64,000 bases of DNA from Selaginella moellendorffii (Eukaryota; Plantae; Lycopodiophyta), in contig NW_003314270.1 of the NCBI RefSeq assembly GCF_000143415.4, positions 2,535,048 to 2,599,047 of the forward strand. Reading direction: 5' to 3'. The position numbers and the translations under genes are program-made. Under the pieces are notes generated by a model. That model did no database searches, was not told the DNA's origin, and saw only the letters and a list, made by a program, of their open reading frames with translations. Positions 58,355-64,000 of the stretch are shown here, piece by piece (the first letter of the stretch is position 1; the number at the start of each line of letters is the position of its first letter).

Positions 58355-61131
58355 ATGGTAAGGTGCTGTTTAGTGCTAATGCTCGTCTTGTGGATTTGCT
58401 CAATGGGAAACAGCCAAGAAGAGCGCTATAAATCGAGCTACGATGAAGCCCAAATGAGGTGCCCATTCTCCTCGTCATTCTCCGGAGATGAAGATGGATC
58501 AGATCTGAAGAAGGACGAGCTCAGCGTCCAAATGGGCGACTGGTTCCAGGAGCCCAATGCGAAATCCTTGCTGCTTCCTGGTTTGACTGCGAATACAACT
58601 CGCCCCGTGCAGCTCGCCTCCTTCTGGATCACGCACGTCAGTCTCCGGAGCAAGACAGACATTGTCAAGATCAGCGCGGTTTTGCAGCTCGCGATCTCTG
58701 TCGAAAGGATCATCGGCTACTTCACGAGTGCATCCGAGAGCTTCGAATCGTCCCCGGATTTCTCATCACTGATGGTGCTCCTGGAAGGGATCTACTTTGA
58801 GACACAGCAGAACGACCGCGGTGTTTGCATGGTCGGATGTACGGTTCTCATCAACGGGGCAAGGATCTGCGATCTCTACCTGGAGCTCCATTTCCCTCGG
58901 AGGTTTTCGCTCAAATCTAGGGAAGTCAACGGCTTTCTGACCAGCAAATCTGGGGCGTTTGACACTGTAGTGCTTGCGCTTCAGCTCGGAGGGGACACCA
59001 AGTACGAGTTTGACAATGGAAATCTCGTCAAGCCGGCATGCGATGCATCCATGGCCATGCAGCAGATGCCCCCACAGGGCATCCGGGTTTACAGAAAATC
59101 AGGTTGCGTGGAACTGGTGGGCATCTTCCAATATGAGTGGAGCCAGCTCTCAAGCTCAGGGCCGTTTTCCCTCGATGCCACTGCCATGCAAATCATGGAC
59201 ATGCGCTGCATAGACACCCCGTCGGGAGCAAATGTGAGCGCCACCTTTCGAGCAGTTTCAGTGAGACTTGACAACCCCGATCTCTCCCGAGCTCGGACGG
59301 GACTGAGGAATGCATTCGTCTTTGTTGCTGAAGGAGTGTACAAATCTTCTACTGGCGAGATTTGCATGCTTGGCTGCCGGAACAGAGAACCTAGCTCTCC
59401 ATCACTCAGCTGCGATGTCCGAGTGTCGATTTTCGTGGCACTCTCTCTCCATCAGCCAGAGATACATCTTCTTTGGAAAACTGACGAGCTTTGGTGGGGG
59501 TAATTTGTTTCGCCCCACAAAGTTTGTTCGCGTCGCACAGTTGGGCAGGCTGCCATCAGAGATTCCCAAGTTGATGAGCTATACGTATTCGAGAGCTCGA
59601 GAAGGAGAGGAGATGGCGAGATTGGAGATAAGTCTGTTGGATCAGGTGAAGCAGTCGATGCTCAAGTTCCTAAAGCCGAGCAAAACGTACTCAATCCAAC
59701 AGCTGGGACAGGACTTGTCCTTCTCTTCACTGATCATCCAGAAGAACAGCAGCAGAAGCAGTATCCAAGCTTCTCCAAAGTTTTTGGACATCCAGGTTCT
59801 TGCCATTGAAGACGATCTCATCTATTATTCTGGCGAAGTCTCCAGCAAAGAGTTTGATCTTCGAGACGCAAGAACTCTGCGAGTTGCTGTGGAGCTCACA
59901 CTGACCAATGTTGCTCAGGCATCAGCCGAAGGAGTTTACGTTCCTGGCACGGGACGAATCTATCTCGTTGGCTGCCTCAAGAGAAAAACTCTCGCAAACT
60001 GTGTGATCGATATCGATTCCCAGCCTGACTGTAGCGTGAGCGTCGTGATCCAGTACCCTCCTTACAACACGCAGTGGCTCGTCAGTCCGACTGTCCGCGC
60101 CAAGATCACCAGCACTCGCCCGAGTTCCGACCCGAGCTTCTTTACTCCAATCCATGCTGAGACGTTTCCAATGCCCTACATATACCAATACCGGCAACTG
60201 AAGCTCCCATCGGTTCTGTCCAAGAAGACGCTTGAAGCCGTCTTGAGCGCCATTACCCTCAGCCTGATGCTGCTTTGCATCATCTTGCAGCTGATCCACG
60301 TCAGGAAATCTGGATCCGCCGGGGCCGTGCCTTTCATCTCGCTGGTGATGCTCGGCGTCCAGGCGTTTGGATACTCGATCCCGCTCATCACCGAGAGGTG
60401 AGGCCTTGTTTGTAAGACACACTAGCCGTAAACCGCGATTCTCGACGATCAACGAGCAAGCCACGGAGGTTACCCAGAAGGTACTCTACCTCGTCAAGTT
60501 CCTCTCGCTCGCGGCGTTCCTTCTCGTGCTCTGGCTGTTCTTCAAGGTGGTGCGCTACCGCACCCGACTCGCCAAGTTCCCACGCGATCGCAATCGACGC
60601 CGCGTTCCCAGCGACGTGAGAACCGCCAAGATCTTTGTGCTCGTCCATTCTCCCGGCCTTCTCACGGTCCTCGCCTTCCAGAGCTTGTCCAGTGAGATGC
60701 TGGTGGCATTGGACGGGACACTCTACAAACCCAAGATGAAGTGGATCCGGGAGCTCAAAGAGTATGCCGGGTTCGTGGGGGATTTGTTCCTGCTGCCACA
60801 AGTGATCGAAGTTTCCGGGTGGGATCAGATCAAGGGGAACCCACTGGCACGAGCTTACTACATGGGAATGACGGCGTTGCGCTTGCTTCCTCACGTCTAC
60901 AACGCGATCACTATTCCACTGCCCGATGCATATGAGTTTCTGGTGTTTACAAAGCCGAGGACTGGGGACTGGCTAATTTCTGCGATGGCTTTGCTCCTGG
61001 CGGCGACGGTCTATGCACAGCAGCAGTGGTCGGGGAATGGATCTTACGAGACGCTGCTATCGACAGAGAAATTTGAGGCTGAGCATTGCTCTAGAAGATG
61101 GAAGATCGAGTCAACAGTAACCAAATTTTAA
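58355..61131 (+). pseudogene. Tandem DUF2921-like paralogue with two frameshifts
   Basis: Colinear with 55201-58254; 2-bp loss in a (CT)n run near 59441-59450 and 1-bp gain near 60393-60398. Confidence 0.8.
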
Positions 61132-61205
61132 TAAAGGCATTAAAGATCAGTCAAAGCTAATCAAATAGTCAACACAATATAATTAAGATAGCAAAATTTA
61201 ATATA

Positions 61206-61279
61206 TGGCTTCGTCCAGGTTCGAACTGGAGACCTTCAGTGTGTTAGACTGACGTGATGACCAACTACACCACGAAACC
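61206..61279 (-). tRNA. tRNA-Val (anticodon AAC)
   Basis: Reverse complement GGTTTCGTGGTGTAGTTGGTCATCACGTCAGTCTAACACACTGAAGGTCTCCAGTTCGAACCTGGACGAAGCCA. Confidence 0.95.
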
Positions 61280-61405
61280 ACTTGTGGTATGAACTTGCTA
61301 ATTGTTTCTACATATTGGATAGAGAAGAACTGTGGATAAAGATCTTGGAGGTGGAAGACGCGCCACGATCCTCTGTTCTAGGGTTTAGGGCGAGGGAGGA
61401 ATGCC

Positions 61406-64000
61406 ATGGCGCTGACAGCTCTTGCCTCGGCGCATCTCCTGTCGGTAAGCGAGAAATGCGAGAGGAAATGCGCGTGAGAGCTTGTGGTGTCCATCCAGAT
61501 TGGCTCGACTTCGCGCTCGGGACTGCTCCGGAGGGACGGCATTGACGATTCTTTCGATGGACATTGCGCGCTTTCCCAGACGGGGATCAGAAGAGCGAGG
61601 TTCTTTTCAGTATCTGTTCGTATTTCGATGCTCTCATAGCCGATTGCATTGGATTCCAGGCAGAGCTTTGGAGAGGCCGATAGAAAGCCAAGGGATGTGA
61701 GAATTCGAGCTCAAGCATTGTCGGATGCAGCACAAAAATCGGAATATGTGAGTAGTAGAAGATTTCCTCCTTGCTCGATCTTATATTTCTTCCTTCCAGC
61801 GTAATATCGCGCAAATCAATGAAGCTATTAGGAAGGCTGAATCGGTGCCAGCAGCGCTTAAGATCCTGGAAGAAACCAAGGCCGCCGGAGTGCACACTCC
61901 AAATGAAGGTACACACTTTTATTGTCCGAGCTGAAGATTAATTTTTTTTTCCGGGTGGCAGCAACATATGCATCGCTCATGCTAGCTTGTAGAAAGCTTG
62001 GCCAAGGAGAACGCGCACTTACCATCTACGAGGTACTTACTGTTCCTCGTGACTCACAAATATGAAGAAAATTATTTCAGGCCATGAAGCAGACCAAGGA
62101 ACCAATAAGTATTCGAACTTACAACACTCTGATCTCTTGCTGCCAACAAGCTCTTCGTATGGATGATGCGTTCCGGGTGAAGGTAGATATCCGTTGGTTG
62201 TAGTTCATGCGTAAAGTATTGATCTGATATTTCAGAAAGAGCTCGAAGAAGCGGGAGTGAAACCAGATGTGGTGACGTACACTAGCCTTATTGACACTGT
62301 CATAAGGTCCACCCGCATTCCCCCAGCTCAAAGGTAGTCTTCTATACTTCTGGCGCTGGCAGATTTTGTGACAAAAGCATTGTAGAAACTTGCAGGCTCG
62401 AGAAAGCTTTACAGCTATACAAGGAAATGCAAACTCTTTCCATAACGCCTGACAGCAAAACCTACAATACCCTTATACAAGCTGCTGGCGAGGCAAAGGC
62501 GACAGAAAAAGCACTTGTAAGATATTTGCGGTTGATTTTTTGGTTTGAGCGCTTGCGTATTTCTGTGTGCAGGAATTGTATCAGTCGCTTACGAAGGTTG
62601 GTCTTTCGGCCAATTCGTTCACATTCGATCTTCTGTTGAAGTGCCTCGGAAGTGGTGGAAGGCTCAAGGTAGCTTTACAAGTTTACAACGAAGCCCGAGC
62701 AGCAGGAATTACACTTTATACGAGCACCTACAACTTTTTGATTGGAGCCTGCGCAACAGCTCCGCAGCCTAATGTAGGCCTTTTGCTGCGAGAGAACTTT
62801 AACGCTGGTTAACAAACTGCTTGCGCAGGCTGAGAGAGCATGGGCCTTCTACGAGGAAATGAAGAGCAAGAATCTGAAGGTCAATGCATTAACATTTATC
62901 AACCTTATCAGCGCTTCTAGCAAGGTAATTCCTATGGGAGCTTTGTTTTTTTGTTGTATGATTATACGATTTTGTGCAGGCTGCGGACAATGCAGGCGTC
63001 ATGAAAGCTTTTCAGTTGATGAAAGAGCTTGATTATACAAAATCTATCACAACTACAACATACAATCAAATTCTCGAGTCTGCAAGTATAGCGAACACCT
63101 TGGAAGACGCTCTAAAGATCTACTACGAGATGAAGAAAGCTGGGTACAAGCCAAATGTTTCTACCTACAGCAGTTTAATTTCGGCTTGCATTCGCAACAA
63201 AGACTTCAAGCAAGCTCAAACGTTGGAAGAAGAGGAGTTTAAGAACGTCGACGTGTCGCTAAATCAGTCCGTCTTACACAGCCTGATCAGAGCCTACGGT
63301 GATGCTGACAAATGGGAAGATTCAGTGAGAATTTTTCGAGATATGATAAAGAAGGTAATGGGGGTTATCCTTTTGCTTCTTTTTTTTGTATTTGACAGTA
63401 AATTTTTTTTTTTTCAGGGAATGCCACTGACTGAGGAATCGTTTGCAAGTGTATTTGAGGCTTGCTTTGGGCGCGAACAAATCAGTGCGATGGTAGCATC
63501 AGAAAACAAAAAGTTCGGCATTACACCACGTACGTTCTTTCTGTCTTCTCGTGAAAATTTCGCTTCTCTACTTCTTTGGCTGCAGGAATCGAAGCTGGAA
63601 TACAGTTGTACGAAGAGTTTGCTTTGAAGAAGCAGTTCACGAACTTTAGCAGCACAAATCTATCCAGGTAGAGACGATATCTTGTTTCACTACATCCCCT
63701 GACTTGCTGTTTAGGTGTGACGTGAAAACAATGAGCCTCCCAGGAACCATCTTTGCGGTACTCGCCTGGTTGAAAGCCGTCCGAGCGAATCCACCCGCCG
63801 CAGATTTAATTGTTGTGACGGGAACCATCAACGAGGTAAAACATCACCAGCTCTTTGTCATGAGAAACATACATTTTCTGCAGCTCGATAACACCCCTGG
63901 GAAGCCGAAGTATCCAAAGCGCCACACGCTTGCCATGAGAACTATGCGTGCGCTACGATTGCCAGTGATGCGTCTCAACACGCTTGCTATGCTGACGCTC
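61406..64000 (+). CDS. Intron-rich P-class PPR protein with a possible SMR-like C-terminal domain; runs off the window
   Basis: RTYNTLISCC, KPDVVTYTSLI, PDSKTYNTLI, KPNVSTYSSLI; C-terminal CDVKTMSLPGTIFAVLAWL..LIVVTG; start codon inferred. Confidence 0.75.

Overview
Gene-dense eukaryotic plant DNA with roughly 25 protein genes or pseudogenes in 64 kb, very short introns (mostly 50-80 nt), many PPR genes and one 100-N scaffold gap. This organisation is most consistent with a compact lycophyte genome such as Selaginella (inference, not proven). In order: COG8 3' end, R2R3-MYB, AAA-ATPase, PLS-PPR relic, tRNA-Ala, CYP450 pseudogene, intronless TPR-SET gene, MS1/MMD1-family PHD gene, mitochondrial LepA/GUF1, CPI1, CRP1-like PPR, TKPR2-like reductase, At4g22758-like gene, fucosyltransferase-like gene, COQ10, PLS-PPR, LSMT-like SET gene, GH1 beta-glucosidase, decayed Ty1/copia relics, a BAHD acyltransferase cluster, a perfect 55-bp hairpin, two convergent C2-domain paralogues, P-class PPR, class-3 lipase, tRNA-Pro, TSPO, tRNA-Cys, a DUF2921-like gene with a frameshifted tandem copy, tRNA-Val and the start of an intron-rich PPR gene. 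The most unusual observations are: BAHD paralogues that share a His-to-Glu replacement of the catalytic HXXXD motif, one of them an in-frame double-BAHD fusion; a perfect 55-bp foldback that contains a splice-donor-like junction and lies between two copies of a duplicated gene tail; a ~70-bp upstream element shared by two unrelated adjacent genes; and a TPR-SET gene with an extra N-terminal domain that abuts a truncated P450. Product names come from recognition of motifs, not from database searches.
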